Assembly (NCBI GenBank): GCA_937888365.1
Contig: CALBFA010000043.1
Location: forward strand, 12,498-76,497
Reading direction: 5' to 3'
Origin: an uncultured Fidelibacterota bacterium
GTDB taxonomy: Bacteria; Fidelibacterota; UBA8477; JABMPR01
DNA: 64,000 nucleotides
The notes under the pieces are model-generated. The model was not told the DNA's origin and ran no database searches. It worked only from the letters and a program-made list of their open reading frames with translations. Shown here piece after piece: positions 36,077-46,618 of the stretch; position 1 is the first letter of the stretch; each line of letters opens with the position of its first letter. Both the position numbers and the translations under genes were made by a program.

Positions 36077-37063
36077 ATGCTCATTACCAATATTAAAAAT
36101 CTCATATTTTCACTCGGAATTATTATTTTTTCAGGAACCTTAGGATTCGTAATTATTGATAATGTACATTGGTTTGATGCACTTTACATGACACTTATTA
36201 CCGTGACCACAGTTGGTTTTAGTGAAGCCTGGGAGCTTTCGACAGGCGCTCGTTTATGGGCAATGTTTATCATGTTTGCCGGTATTGGCGTATTTTTTCT
36301 CATCGTGGGACAAATTTCTCGCCAAGCGGTTGATTTTAAAAAGATTAGGAGAAAACGTATGGATCGCTCTATACTACAATTACAAAATCATTTTATTCTC
36401 TGTGGATATGGGCGTATGGGTCGCGCAGTCGTTTCGGAATTACAAGCATCCAACGAGCCCTTTGTAATCATCGAAGCCAATGCAGAACGCATCGAAGATA
36501 TTGCCGAAAATCATTTGATTCATATTCATGGTGATGCGACCAGCGAAGAAATATTAACAAGGGCGGGGATTGACAAGGCAAAAGCAATCGTTTCTGTTTT
36601 AGCCCAAGACCCGGATAATCTATTTTTAATCGTGACGGCTCGCTCCATGAGCAAGACGATTCCGATTTTGACTCGCGCTAATATTATGGAATCGATTCCA
36701 AAATTTAAAAATGCTGGTGCCACTCAAGTACTCAATCCCTACGAATCAGCAGGCCATAAAATGGCAAGAATGGCCATGAAGCCAGAAGTTGTTGAATTCC
36801 TTGAAATCGTGACGAGGCGCTCAAATCTAGACTTATTATTTGAAGCCATTAAAGTAGGGGAAGGGTCGTCTATTTTAGGGAAAACGATTCAAGAGATTAA
36901 TGTAGGTCGAACATTTGACATCATTATTACTGCAATTGAAAAACCCAATGGCGCTGCTTATTTTAACCCAAAAGCCGAATATATTTTTGCAGCCGGTGAT
37001 AAAATTATAGCTCTTGGACAAGAGCAATCGCTGAAAAAATTTGAAAAACTAAGTCATAAATAA
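36077..37063 (+). CDS. 2-TM cation channel with RCK/TrkA-N and TrkA-C domains
   Basis: Pore helix plus filter TVTTVGFSE. RCK Rossmann motif ILCGYGRMGRAV. Confidence 0.8.
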   Translation: MLITNIKNLIFSLGIIIFSGTLGFVIIDNVHWFDALYMTLITVTTVGFSEAWELSTGARLWAMFIMFAGIGVFFLIVGQISRQAVDFKKIRRKRMDRSILQLQNHFILCGYGRMGRAVVSELQASNEPFVIIEANAERIEDIAENHLIHIHGDATSEEILTRAGIDKAKAIVSVLAQDPDNLFLIVTARSMSKTIPILTRANIMESIPKFKNAGATQVLNPYESAGHKMARMAMKPEVVEFLEIVTRRSNLDLLFEAIKVGEGSSILGKTIQEINVGRTFDIIITAIEKPNGAAYFNPKAEYIFAAGDKIIALGQEQSLKKFEKLSHK

Positions 37064-37084
37064 TATTGAAAGAAAAGGAATAAA

Positions 37085-38185
37085 ATGGCACTTCGTTGTG
37101 GAATTGTCGGTTTACCTAATATTGGAAAATCCACGGTTTTTAATGCGTTAACAGCAGCAGATATCCCTGCAGAAAATTATCCGTTTTGTACGATTGAACC
37201 CAATGTTGGAATCGTGGCTGTTCCCGATGGGAGACTGGATATTTTAACTGAAATCTATAAGCCTAAAAAAACGACGCCAGCTATTGTCGAATTTGTTGAT
37301 ATTGCAGGCCTCGTCAGAGGCGCAAGTAAGGGAGAGGGTTTAGGGAATCAATTTTTGTCTCATATTCGTGATGTGACGGCTATTATTCATGTTGTACGTT
37401 GTTTTGTCGATGAAAATGTCACCCATGTGGAGGGCTCTATAAGTCCGATTCGAGATGTCGAAACCATCGAGTCTGAGCTTATGATAAAAGATTTGGATTC
37501 GGTTGAAAAGCAGCTACACAAGACATTAAAAAAATCACGCTCTGGCGATAAAGATGCTAAAATCGAGGCGGCACTCCTTGAAAAAATAAAGAACCATCTT
37601 GATAACTTAGAGCCCGTTCGAAGTCTCGAATTGACAAAAGAAGAAAAAGAAATGGCAAAGCAATTCTTCCTTCTAACGATGAAACCTGTTCTCTACGTTG
37701 CCAATATTGATGAGGACGAAATTTTATCAGGTGAAATGGGAGCGTTTTCCAAGGCGCTCTTTCATTATGCCGAAAAAACAAATGCCAAAGCCATCAAACT
37801 TTGCGGAAAACTTGAACATGAGATTTCGACGCTTGAAGCGGAAGAAAAGATAGAATTTCTCCAAGAATATAAGCTTACGGAACCCGGTTTAGATAAGCTT
37901 ATTCATGGTGCTTACGCAATGTTGAATCTCCAATCATTTTATACGGCTGGCGATGATGAGGTTCGGGCATGGACCATTAAAAAAGGGTTTAAAGCACCTC
38001 AGGCTGCGGGTGAAATCCATACCGATTTTGAACGTGGATTTATCAAAGCTGCCATATTCAAATATGACGACATTGTTCAGTATCGATCGGAAAAAATATT
38101 GAAAGAAAAGGGGCTCATTTCTTTACAAGGTAAAGAATATGTCATGGAGGAAAATGACTGTGTCTTTTTCCATTTCAATGTGTAA
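37085..38185 (+). CDS. ychF: Redox-regulated ATPase YchF (Obg-family)
   Basis: GIVGLPNIGKST, DIAGLV, and C-terminal TGS-like RAWTIKKG...DFERGFI. Confidence 0.92.
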   Translation: MALRCGIVGLPNIGKSTVFNALTAADIPAENYPFCTIEPNVGIVAVPDGRLDILTEIYKPKKTTPAIVEFVDIAGLVRGASKGEGLGNQFLSHIRDVTAIIHVVRCFVDENVTHVEGSISPIRDVETIESELMIKDLDSVEKQLHKTLKKSRSGDKDAKIEAALLEKIKNHLDNLEPVRSLELTKEEKEMAKQFFLLTMKPVLYVANIDEDEILSGEMGAFSKALFHYAEKTNAKAIKLCGKLEHEISTLEAEEKIEFLQEYKLTEPGLDKLIHGAYAMLNLQSFYTAGDDEVRAWTIKKGFKAPQAAGEIHTDFERGFIKAAIFKYDDIVQYRSEKILKEKGLISLQGKEYVMEENDCVFFHFNV

Positions 38186-38230
38186 CACAGATAATGATGC
38201 TGATGAAAAAATCAAAAGAAAGAAATTAAA

Positions 38231-38671
38231 ATGAACGATTTAACCCTAATAAAAGGTTTAGAAACTGACGTTGAACCGTGTGTTCAAATGAATCCCGAAG
38301 TGTTTCATATATTTTTAGATGATCGCCGTCGGGACGCTATTAAACATGCTTTGGAGACAGGATCTTTTCTCGTTGCATTGATAGATGGCAAACGAGCTGG
38401 CTATGCGATATGGGAGCCGGATTGGTTCGACTCGACTTTTTTAAAACTCGTTGTCGTCGAAAAAGAGTTTCGTCGCAAGGGCATTGCCTCTAAACTTATC
38501 CTAGAGCTGGCAAATCATCATTGCCCCACAGGACGACTTTTTAGTTCGACAGAAGCGGATAATGAGCCGTCTATTGCCATGCATAAGGGAATCGGTTTTG
38601 TTGACAGCGGTTGGATCGATCATTTACCTCAACCCCATAAAGAGATATTTTTATTTAAAAACACGAAATAA
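38231..38671 (+). CDS. GNAT family N-acetyltransferase
   Basis: Acetyl-CoA motif A EFRRKGIASKLI. Confidence 0.7.
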   Translation: MNDLTLIKGLETDVEPCVQMNPEVFHIFLDDRRRDAIKHALETGSFLVALIDGKRAGYAIWEPDWFDSTFLKLVVVEKEFRRKGIASKLILELANHHCPTGRLFSSTEADNEPSIAMHKGIGFVDSGWIDHLPQPHKEIFLFKNTK

Positions 38672-38790
38672 TTTATTCATCAATTCTCAAGCTAAAACTC
38701 AATATTATACCCAAATGATTTCCCTAAACTTACCGAGGGATTGATGATGACAGTTGACTTAACCTTCGATTGGGTTTCATTAATTAGCCT

Positions 38791-40683
38791 ATGATACGCC
38801 TTGAAAATATTGTAAAAACATATCCCGATAAAACGCTTTTTGACGGCGCGACACTATCGTTAACCCGACAAATGCGCGTGGGTCTTGTTGGGGCAAATGG
38901 ATCAGGGAAAACCACCTTACTCCAGCTTATTAACGGCCTTGATACGCCTGATTCCGGTAATGTCGTTCAAGAAAAAAATATCCGCTTGGGATACCTTCCT
39001 CAAGAACTTGTTGAAATGACAAATCGAAGCATTTTGGATGAAACCATTTTAGCATTTCCCCGAATCGTCGAAATCGAAGGGGAAATTGAGAAACTAAACG
39101 ACCAAATAACAAGTTCCTCCACGCCAGACTTATTGAAAAAATTGGGAAATTTACAACATCAATATGAAGAGCTTGAAGGTTGGCGCGTTCGAGATAGAGC
39201 CAAGAAAATTTTGAGTGGACTCGGCTTTAAACCTCATCAAGTCACTCAATCCGTCCATACCTTAAGTGGTGGATGGAAAATGCGAGTTGCCCTTGCTAAA
39301 ATTTTACTCGTTGAGCCAGATGTCTTATGTTTAGACGAACCTACAAATCATCTCGATTTAGATGCAACGATTTGGTTAGAGAACTTTCTTAATGAGTGGA
39401 AAGGTGCCTTAGTATTAATAAGCCATGATCGATATTTTTTGAATAAGATTGTGAATCATATTGTTGATATTCATCATCGGAAACTTTTCCTTTTTCCAGG
39501 GGATCATGAGCATTTTTTAGGGGAGAGGGTTTTGCTACGAGAACAGCAAGCAGCATCCTATAAAAATCAACAAAAGAAAATCAAGGAGACGGAAACATTT
39601 ATTGATCGATTTCGCTATAAAAATACAAAATCGACCCAAGTACAAAGTCGTATAAAAATGCTCGATAAAATGGAGAAGATTGATACTCCTGAGCACCTAG
39701 CAAAGGGGATGAGCTTAAATATTCCGCAACCGACACGCGCTCCAAATGAAATTGTAGTATTGAAAAAAGCATCGAAATATTACGATGAGACGAAGGTATA
39801 TGAATCGTTGGATTTGACAATTCTACGTAATCAAAAGATTTGTCTGGTGGGTCCAAACGGCGCAGGAAAATCCACGCTAATTAAAATAATTGCAGGTGTC
39901 GAGGACTTGACCTCAGGTCTTTTAAAAATTGGAACAGGTGTTGATATTAACTATTTCGCTCAGCATCAACTCGAAATGCTCGATCCTAAGAAAACCATTT
40001 ATGAAACTATTTTTGCGACGGCTACGGATTGGACGATGACACAAATTCGATCCTATCTCGGTGGATTTCTCTTCTCTGGTGATACAGTCGATAAACCTGT
40101 TTCGGTTTTATCGGGTGGGGAAAAAGTTCGATTAGCCCTTGCTAAAATGATGGTGCATCCAGCGCATCTCTTGCTTTTAGACGAACCAACAAACCATTTG
40201 GATATGGAAAGTCGCAACCAAGTTGAAGACACACTCAAAAATTATGACGGCACACTTTTGCTCATTTCCCATGACCGACATTTACTCAATACGGTTTCGA
40301 ACATGACCCTTGAAATCACGGCTGGAGGCATCAAAGAGTATGCAGGGAATTATGACTATTATTTATGGAAAAAAAGTCAAGACCTTGAGCCATCAATGGA
40401 AAATAAGCAAGAAAACACGTCAATAAACCAAGAAAAAGAACAACGGAAATTTGACTATAAAGAGAAAAAACAATTTACAAATCGCCTCAATAAGATTGAA
40501 AAAATAATGCACAACCTGGAAGTTGAGTTAGAGTTAAAAACTGCGTTGGAAGCCAATCCACCGAATTCCAGCGACTATATCGAGATTCAAAAAGTCATTG
40601 AAGAAAAGGACTTATTAGAGCATCAAATTCTTGAGCTTTTAGAAGAGCAAGAGTCCCTTTTGAAAAATCTCAGTAAAGAATAG
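38791..40683 (+). CDS. ABC-F family ATPase (two NBDs, no TMD)
   Basis: Two Walker A motifs (GANGSGKTT, GPNGAGKST), two LSGG signatures, an inter-domain linker and a coiled-coil C-terminal extension. Confidence 0.9.
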   Translation: MIRLENIVKTYPDKTLFDGATLSLTRQMRVGLVGANGSGKTTLLQLINGLDTPDSGNVVQEKNIRLGYLPQELVEMTNRSILDETILAFPRIVEIEGEIEKLNDQITSSSTPDLLKKLGNLQHQYEELEGWRVRDRAKKILSGLGFKPHQVTQSVHTLSGGWKMRVALAKILLVEPDVLCLDEPTNHLDLDATIWLENFLNEWKGALVLISHDRYFLNKIVNHIVDIHHRKLFLFPGDHEHFLGERVLLREQQAASYKNQQKKIKETETFIDRFRYKNTKSTQVQSRIKMLDKMEKIDTPEHLAKGMSLNIPQPTRAPNEIVVLKKASKYYDETKVYESLDLTILRNQKICLVGPNGAGKSTLIKIIAGVEDLTSGLLKIGTGVDINYFAQHQLEMLDPKKTIYETIFATATDWTMTQIRSYLGGFLFSGDTVDKPVSVLSGGEKVRLALAKMMVHPAHLLLLDEPTNHLDMESRNQVEDTLKNYDGTLLLISHDRHLLNTVSNMTLEITAGGIKEYAGNYDYYLWKKSQDLEPSMENKQENTSINQEKEQRKFDYKEKKQFTNRLNKIEKIMHNLEVELELKTALEANPPNSSDYIEIQKVIEEKDLLEHQILELLEEQESLLKNLSKE

Positions 40684-40689
40684 CCTATT

Positions 40690-41703
40690 TTGAAAATGAA
40701 TTTACAGTATTTAAAATCATATTTTATCATTAAGCATAGGGCGGCTTGGTATTCATTTATTTTGACAGGATTGAGCCTAAGTTTGATTCATATTTTTGGC
40801 CCCACGAATCCAGTCCTGCTAATCTTCGATCGGATTTTACCCGGCGCTGGTTGGCTTGAAATTGCGATGCTAACACTTTATGCGCTTGTGGTGACGGATA
40901 ATATTATTGATCCCTCTAAAACAATTCTATGGCGCAAGCGAATTTGGCTTTTTTTCTCAATCGTTTTTTTTACACAGCTTCTACTGGGACTCATTGGCTA
41001 TAAAATATTTTTAATGACGGGGAAACTACATTTTCCAATTCCAGCACTCATATTTGCCGGTCCTTTGTATCGAGGTGAAGGCGTTTTTATGCCGATATTA
41101 TTTTTTACAACGATTGCATTGATTGGCCCTGCGTGGTGTAGCTACATTTGCTATTTCGGCGCCTGGGATAATAAAGTGGCGTTAGGTAAGAGGAAAGCGA
41201 CGACTTTACCTGCATGGAGACAACCTCTTCGCATTGTACTATCAATAGTGATTTTTGGTGGCGCCTATGTGATGCGATTGCTGGACGTTCCTGTTACAGC
41301 AGCGATCATTGTCGCTGTCAGTTTTGCACTTATTGGTGTTGGAATTATTCTGTATTTTTCCAGAAAAACGGGTATGTTGGTTCATTGTGTGACCTATTGT
41401 CCCATTGGTTTAGCATCTGTTTATTTCGGACGGCTTAATCCATTTCGTGTTAAAATTAATACCGATTGTATAGACTGCATGAAATGCACAACGAGCTGTC
41501 GTTACGATTCACTTTCTAAGGATGATGTTATTAAAAGAACTCCGACAATTTCCTGCACCTTGTGTGGTGACTGCATGGCTGTCTGCCCCGTTGATGCGTT
41601 GGAATATCGATTTTTTAAAATGAAACCCGAAAATGCTCGAAAACTTTTCTTCGTATTAACAATTTCCCTCCATGCAATCGTACTGGGTTTTGCACGGATT
41701 TAA
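40690..41703 (+). CDS. Membrane 4Fe-4S ferredoxin-type protein (NapH/MauN-like)
   Basis: TM segments with the CSYIC motif, then two C-x2-C-x2-C-x3-C clusters (CIDCMKCTTSC, CTLCGDCMAVCP). Confidence 0.7.
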   Translation: MKMNLQYLKSYFIIKHRAAWYSFILTGLSLSLIHIFGPTNPVLLIFDRILPGAGWLEIAMLTLYALVVTDNIIDPSKTILWRKRIWLFFSIVFFTQLLLGLIGYKIFLMTGKLHFPIPALIFAGPLYRGEGVFMPILFFTTIALIGPAWCSYICYFGAWDNKVALGKRKATTLPAWRQPLRIVLSIVIFGGAYVMRLLDVPVTAAIIVAVSFALIGVGIILYFSRKTGMLVHCVTYCPIGLASVYFGRLNPFRVKINTDCIDCMKCTTSCRYDSLSKDDVIKRTPTISCTLCGDCMAVCPVDALEYRFFKMKPENARKLFFVLTISLHAIVLGFARI

Positions 41704-41956
41704 TCGGTTTACTTCTTTAATTATTTATGTAAGTCAAACGGCTTGGATCGCTTAATTTGATGCGCAAACCATGAAGGATTTTATTTTATCCAAAAAAGTG
41801 ACTATATTTGATTGATATACCTTATACCAGAATGATATGAAGCATCAAAATACTTCACAATTAAAATTCATCATATCCTCCTATTATTACCTAACTTATG
41901 CAATTAGTATCATAATGGTATATCTATTGCGAAAACCTTGGCGCGAGGAGAAAGCA

Positions 41957-44611
41957 ATGAATAAAAAATTCAAAAATCTAAATTCCCTATACTTTATATT
42001 TTCAATAATTATTGCTATGAATACAGTGGGGTTTGCAGAAAATAAAATTGTACACACAAACAAAATTGACAAGCATAATATTTCAATTGATGGCATAATC
42101 GATGAAAAAATTTGGTCAGATCAAATTTTTCAAGGCGAATTTATCCAGCATGAACCTGTTGAAGGAGCCAAACCAAGTGAAAATACCGAGTTCGCCATTT
42201 TATATGATAATTTCAATATATATGTTGCCATAAAAGCGTACGCGAGTCAACCCGAGAGAATCAAAGCCATTCTAAGCCGTCGAGATATAGAAACGCCTTC
42301 GGATTGGGTTTCCATCTCGTTTGATAGCTATAATGATAACCGAACAGCGTTCGAGTTTTGGCTTAATCCCATCAGCGTCCACGGCGATTTAAGGTGGTTT
42401 GACGATGAAACGCCCGACCTAACCTGGGACGCTATTTGGGAAGGGAAAGCAACGAAAACCGAGGAAGGTTGGACGGCTGAATTTAAAATTCCATTTCGAG
42501 AGCTTCGTTTTTCGTCAGATGACATTCAGAATTGGGGTATTCAAATTCATAGACGGATTGCTGAAACCAATGAGGAACTCTATTGGACAGATTGGTCACG
42601 AAACGAAAGTGGGTATGTAAGACATTTTGCTGATTTAAAAGGCATCAAAAATATACCGAAACAAACGCGATTAAGTTTAACACCTTATTTGATTAGCAAG
42701 TACACCCACGATGTAAATCTTATTAATCCAGTGCACACGGATAACTTTGACCTCGCTCATAACATCGGTTTAGACGTAAAATACGGGGTGTCAAATAATT
42801 TGACACTCGATCTAACACTTAACCCCGACTTTGGTCAAATTGAAGCCGATCCGGCAGAATTAAATCTATCAGGATTTGAGTCGTATTTCTCTGAACGACG
42901 TCCCTTTTTTATTGAGGGCGGAAATATCTATAATTTCTCGTTAGGTGTTGGTGATGACAATATCAATACTTTATTCTATACTAGGCGCATCGGTCGTCGT
43001 CCTCATGATGCCGTTTATCCAGACTCGGGATATGCAACGAATCCTTCATCGACGTCAATCTTAGGTGCGGGAAAGTTGAGCGGGAAAACAAATAATGGAT
43101 GGTCAATCGGGATATTAAATGCGCTGACAGATCAAGAAACAAGTGTCATTGACTACGAAAATGATGAATCGGAAATCATTGTCGTGGAACCCATGACGAA
43201 CTATTTCGTATCACGTCTCCAAAAGGATTTTAATCAAGGGAAATCAACAATGGGTGGGATTTTTACCTCTACGAATCGACGACTAAAGAATACGGGAATG
43301 GATTGGCTCCTCCATGATGCCTATTCTGCTGGACTTGATTTTAGTCATCTATTTCTTGATGATAGCTGGATTGCACAAGGAACCGTTTCAGCTTCCAATA
43401 ATCTTGGATCAAAAGATGCATTGATGAATCTCCAAACGCAATATACCCATGGTTTTCAAAGGGTTGGAGCAGACCATCTATCGGTTGATTCTACCGCGAC
43501 ACATTTAATTGGTTTTGCAGGAAGTTTTGGTCTATTCAAAGTAAAATCGGACAATAATTGGCGCTCAGGTTTGGGTGGATGGACATCGACGCCGAGCTTT
43601 GACCCCAACGAAATTGGTTATCATGGTCGCGTTGATAATAAGGTTGTCTTCCTATGGTCAGGATTTAATGAAAATACACCTGGGAAATGGTATCAAAGCT
43701 ACAATTTCAATCAAAGTGTTTTCGTTTCAAATACCTATGGTGGTGAAATATCAGGGCTGGGAGGCGATTTTAATTTCAATGTGACGACAAAAAAATATTG
43801 GTCATTGGGAGCTGGTATTAGTGGGAATGGAAGCGCTCAGCATTTAACAGCGTTAAGAGGCGGTCCTTCCGTTTTAGATAACCCTAAGTTGAATGGTTGG
43901 ATTTGGATTGGCTCCGATTATCGTAAAAGTTTAAACTTTGGGTTGAATGTTTGGGCAGGAGGGAAAACAGACGGGGTTTATTGGAGCGGCGAAAGTTTCA
44001 GCGTGAGCTATAGACCCAACGATTATTTCTCTTTAACGTCCAGTACCAACTATAATCAAAATCATGACACATGGAATTCATGGCCCGATTATGAACCCTA
44101 TTCTCATCCTGATAGCGGTGAGGATGTCTATTTAATGGCGACAATGGATCAATATACACTTTCATCAACGATACGATTAGATTTAACACTCACATCAGAT
44201 TTAAGTATTCAATACTATGGCGCTCCATTCATCACAACAGGAAAGTATTATGGTTTTATGAAACTCATTGATACACAAGCTAAAGTATTTGATGATAGAT
44301 TTTATTGGTATTCAGATGAAGAATCGGCGTATAATGCAGAAAATGAGGAGTGGGAGATTGATGATAATAACGACGGAATCACCGATTATTACGTTCCTCA
44401 TTTTGATTTCAATTACAAAGTTTTCAATTCTAATTTTGTCGTTCGTTATGAATTTAAACCGGGTTCATCCATTTATCTTGTTTGGTCGAGAGGTCAGGAA
44501 GATTTCGTAAACGATGGGACATTTAAGCCACTCAGTAATTTGAATAATTTACTCGATGTTGATCCGCAAGATGTATTCCTTATAAAAGTGAGCACTCTGC
44601 TGAATCTATAA
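41957..44611 (+). CDS. Large secreted protein, CBM9-like N-domain / DUF5916-like
   Basis: ATG 41957 gives the signal peptide MNKKFKNLNSLYFIFSIIIAMNTVGFA. IDGIIDEKIWSD is typical of CBM9-like domains, followed by a long beta-rich C-terminal region. The ORF track start 41837 is probably too far upstream. Confidence 0.6.
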   Translation: MNKKFKNLNSLYFIFSIIIAMNTVGFAENKIVHTNKIDKHNISIDGIIDEKIWSDQIFQGEFIQHEPVEGAKPSENTEFAILYDNFNIYVAIKAYASQPERIKAILSRRDIETPSDWVSISFDSYNDNRTAFEFWLNPISVHGDLRWFDDETPDLTWDAIWEGKATKTEEGWTAEFKIPFRELRFSSDDIQNWGIQIHRRIAETNEELYWTDWSRNESGYVRHFADLKGIKNIPKQTRLSLTPYLISKYTHDVNLINPVHTDNFDLAHNIGLDVKYGVSNNLTLDLTLNPDFGQIEADPAELNLSGFESYFSERRPFFIEGGNIYNFSLGVGDDNINTLFYTRRIGRRPHDAVYPDSGYATNPSSTSILGAGKLSGKTNNGWSIGILNALTDQETSVIDYENDESEIIVVEPMTNYFVSRLQKDFNQGKSTMGGIFTSTNRRLKNTGMDWLLHDAYSAGLDFSHLFLDDSWIAQGTVSASNNLGSKDALMNLQTQYTHGFQRVGADHLSVDSTATHLIGFAGSFGLFKVKSDNNWRSGLGGWTSTPSFDPNEIGYHGRVDNKVVFLWSGFNENTPGKWYQSYNFNQSVFVSNTYGGEISGLGGDFNFNVTTKKYWSLGAGISGNGSAQHLTALRGGPSVLDNPKLNGWIWIGSDYRKSLNFGLNVWAGGKTDGVYWSGESFSVSYRPNDYFSLTSSTNYNQNHDTWNSWPDYEPYSHPDSGEDVYLMATMDQYTLSSTIRLDLTLTSDLSIQYYGAPFITTGKYYGFMKLIDTQAKVFDDRFYWYSDEESAYNAENEEWEIDDNNDGITDYYVPHFDFNYKVFNSNFVVRYEFKPGSSIYLVWSRGQEDFVNDGTFKPLSNLNNLLDVDPQDVFLIKVSTLLNL

Positions 44612-44630
44612 AGCTGAAATTTGACAACAT

Positions 44631-44670
44631 AAAAAACCCTTGTAAACCATTCGGTTTACAAGGGTTTTTA
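44631..44670. terminator. Bidirectional intrinsic terminator between convergent genes
   Basis: aaaaaaCCCTTGTAAACCattcGGTTTACAAGGGttttta: a perfect 12-bp stem with a 4-nt loop, an A-run on the left and a T-run on the right. Confidence 0.85.
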
Positions 44671-44686
44671 TGTTCCGTAATATATC

Positions 44687-46618
44687 TTAGAATAAATATA
44701 TAGACGAACTCAGCATAAACTGTATGCCTCGGAAGCTATCTGATAAGTTTCCAACTGACGCGAGGTCAACATAAAAATCATAATTTTTAAATTGAAGGCC
44801 AAATCCACCTCTGAATTGAACAGAGCCAAAGTAATTCGAGAATCCAGTGCTGATACGGACGGATGAAATAGGATAAAAATGAGCCATTAATAAGGTTCTC
44901 ATTCCCTTCTCAGTATTAAATCCTTCGCTAAAACCTGTTTCAATTTCTCCTTGTAATAAAACGTATTGAAGCGGTTGAAATGTTGCAGCGATGAAAAGAG
45001 TTGTTGGAATTCCGACGGATATGGATGTATCAGGATTAACGACTTCTTCATTTGAAAAGAATAAATAATCCAGCGCATCAAGACCTTCAGCACCGTTGTC
45101 GCTTGAGGATGTCATTGAATCCACCGCTACAGAAACATTCTCAAATTTAGAATCGGCGGAAAATTTCATGACTTTAGCGTGCTCAAATGTAAGCGTGCTG
45201 AAGAGATTTTTAAGGGCGACATTCACATCCAATTCCAGACCGAGGAGAGGATAAAAGTCATATCCAGCACCTAAATCAACGGTAAAACCAGTATTGGATG
45301 TCAAGTTTTGCATATCAAGCTTATCCATCTGAGGGTCGGCCAATTGACCAAAATTTGGATCCGTTACAATCGCTGTTGCAGCGGCTGAAACGCTAAGAGA
45401 ATCCATGGAAGATTCTAGTACAAAATGATCTGTTTTATAATGCGCGTATCCAACTCCTTTTATAATCCCAGCACTTGCTCCAGCCCGAAGATTACCGTAT
45501 TTTGTTTCAACTTCTTGACCATAAGAAGCACCAACGCGTATGTAATTGAGTATTTCTGCACTTTGATCAAAACTAACAGGGTTTTCAAATGTTAGTCCTG
45601 AAAAAGGTAATGCAAGGAGATCTCCCGGAAGGCTTAAACTGACATCAACATGCGCTGATACATCAACACCAATAGCACCAAATTGTAAACCTATAAGTGT
45701 CGGTAAATCGATATTATTACGAAATTTAATTGTTTTGCCAGTAAATTCGTCTATGAGTGATGCCTTTTCGGCATCATCTAAAAAACCATTATCATCATTT
45801 AGAAACTTAACAATAATCCCTTGATTAATGACATTATTTGAAGCCGTTATATCCACACTTGGTAAACCAAATGTAAAATATGTTTCTCGTTTATGTGCTA
45901 AATTAGAAGGATTATTTTGATACGACGAAAAGGTTCGCAAAAAGCGTTGTTTAATGGTGAACGATGTTGAATTAAGACGTTCGTAATCAACATCGCTTTC
46001 GCTTGAGACATCAATACCGCTTATTGATTCAAAATCTTCGCTGGTAGAATCGCTTGCAAAGGCATAAGACGAAGAGTCAGTAAAGGTATACACGGTTCCT
46101 GATGAATCCGTCCAAGCAAGTCCAGAATCAGGCATCATGACGGCAAAAGAATCGACTTCGCTCGGCGCATCTGATATAACACTCAATGTTTGAGTTACAC
46201 CGTCTAAAATTGTATCAACCAAAGAACCAAGAATCGTTATTGTATTTTCCATCATAAAAGATTGGATTATTTCCTGAGTCTCAGGGTTATAAAGGGTTAA
46301 TGCTTCCTCTTCATTGTACGGTACAAAAATCACATAGCTTGCTTCAGCATTTTTTGCTTTTTCTATAAAACAATCAATGTTATCACAACCTTCGGAGTCT
46401 TGGTTTAAAGTGGATGCATTGGCAAATGAAAATCCGACAAGTTGGGCGAGTTCCGTTTGTAAAAAGAGGTCATTATCCCAATGTAACTCACCGTCTTCCA
46501 ACTCTGTCAGAATTGCTATTGACCAACTATCGTTTTGTAGCGAAAGACCCTCGTCTTGCGCCATCAAGGAGAGATTAAAAAGAACGAATGTGAATATAAT
46601 TAAAAAGTAGCGTCTCAT
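44687..46618 (-). CDS. Hypothetical exported protein, C-terminal beta-barrel candidate
   Basis: Signal peptide MRRYFLIIFTFVLFNLSLMAQ and a Ser/Asp-rich middle. The C-terminal half has beta-strand patterning and a terminal aromatic (..SSSIYLF). Start overlaps the upstream gene by 4 nt. Confidence 0.55.
   Translation of the reverse strand: MRRYFLIIFTFVLFNLSLMAQDEGLSLQNDSWSIAILTELEDGELHWDNDLFLQTELAQLVGFSFANASTLNQDSEGCDNIDCFIEKAKNAEASYVIFVPYNEEEALTLYNPETQEIIQSFMMENTITILGSLVDTILDGVTQTLSVISDAPSEVDSFAVMMPDSGLAWTDSSGTVYTFTDSSSYAFASDSTSEDFESISGIDVSSESDVDYERLNSTSFTIKQRFLRTFSSYQNNPSNLAHKRETYFTFGLPSVDITASNNVINQGIIVKFLNDDNGFLDDAEKASLIDEFTGKTIKFRNNIDLPTLIGLQFGAIGVDVSAHVDVSLSLPGDLLALPFSGLTFENPVSFDQSAEILNYIRVGASYGQEVETKYGNLRAGASAGIIKGVGYAHYKTDHFVLESSMDSLSVSAAATAIVTDPNFGQLADPQMDKLDMQNLTSNTGFTVDLGAGYDFYPLLGLELDVNVALKNLFSTLTFEHAKVMKFSADSKFENVSVAVDSMTSSSDNGAEGLDALDYLFFSNEEVVNPDTSISVGIPTTLFIAATFQPLQYVLLQGEIETGFSEGFNTEKGMRTLLMAHFYPISSVRISTGFSNYFGSVQFRGGFGLQFKNYDFYVDLASVGNLSDSFRGIQFMLSSSIYLF

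Noticed and set aside
41837-41956. N-terminal 40-aa extension of the CBM9-like protein as given in the ORF track
   Set aside because: ATG 41957 yields a standard signal peptide. The upstream extension (MKHQNTSQLKFIISSYYYL...) would bury it.
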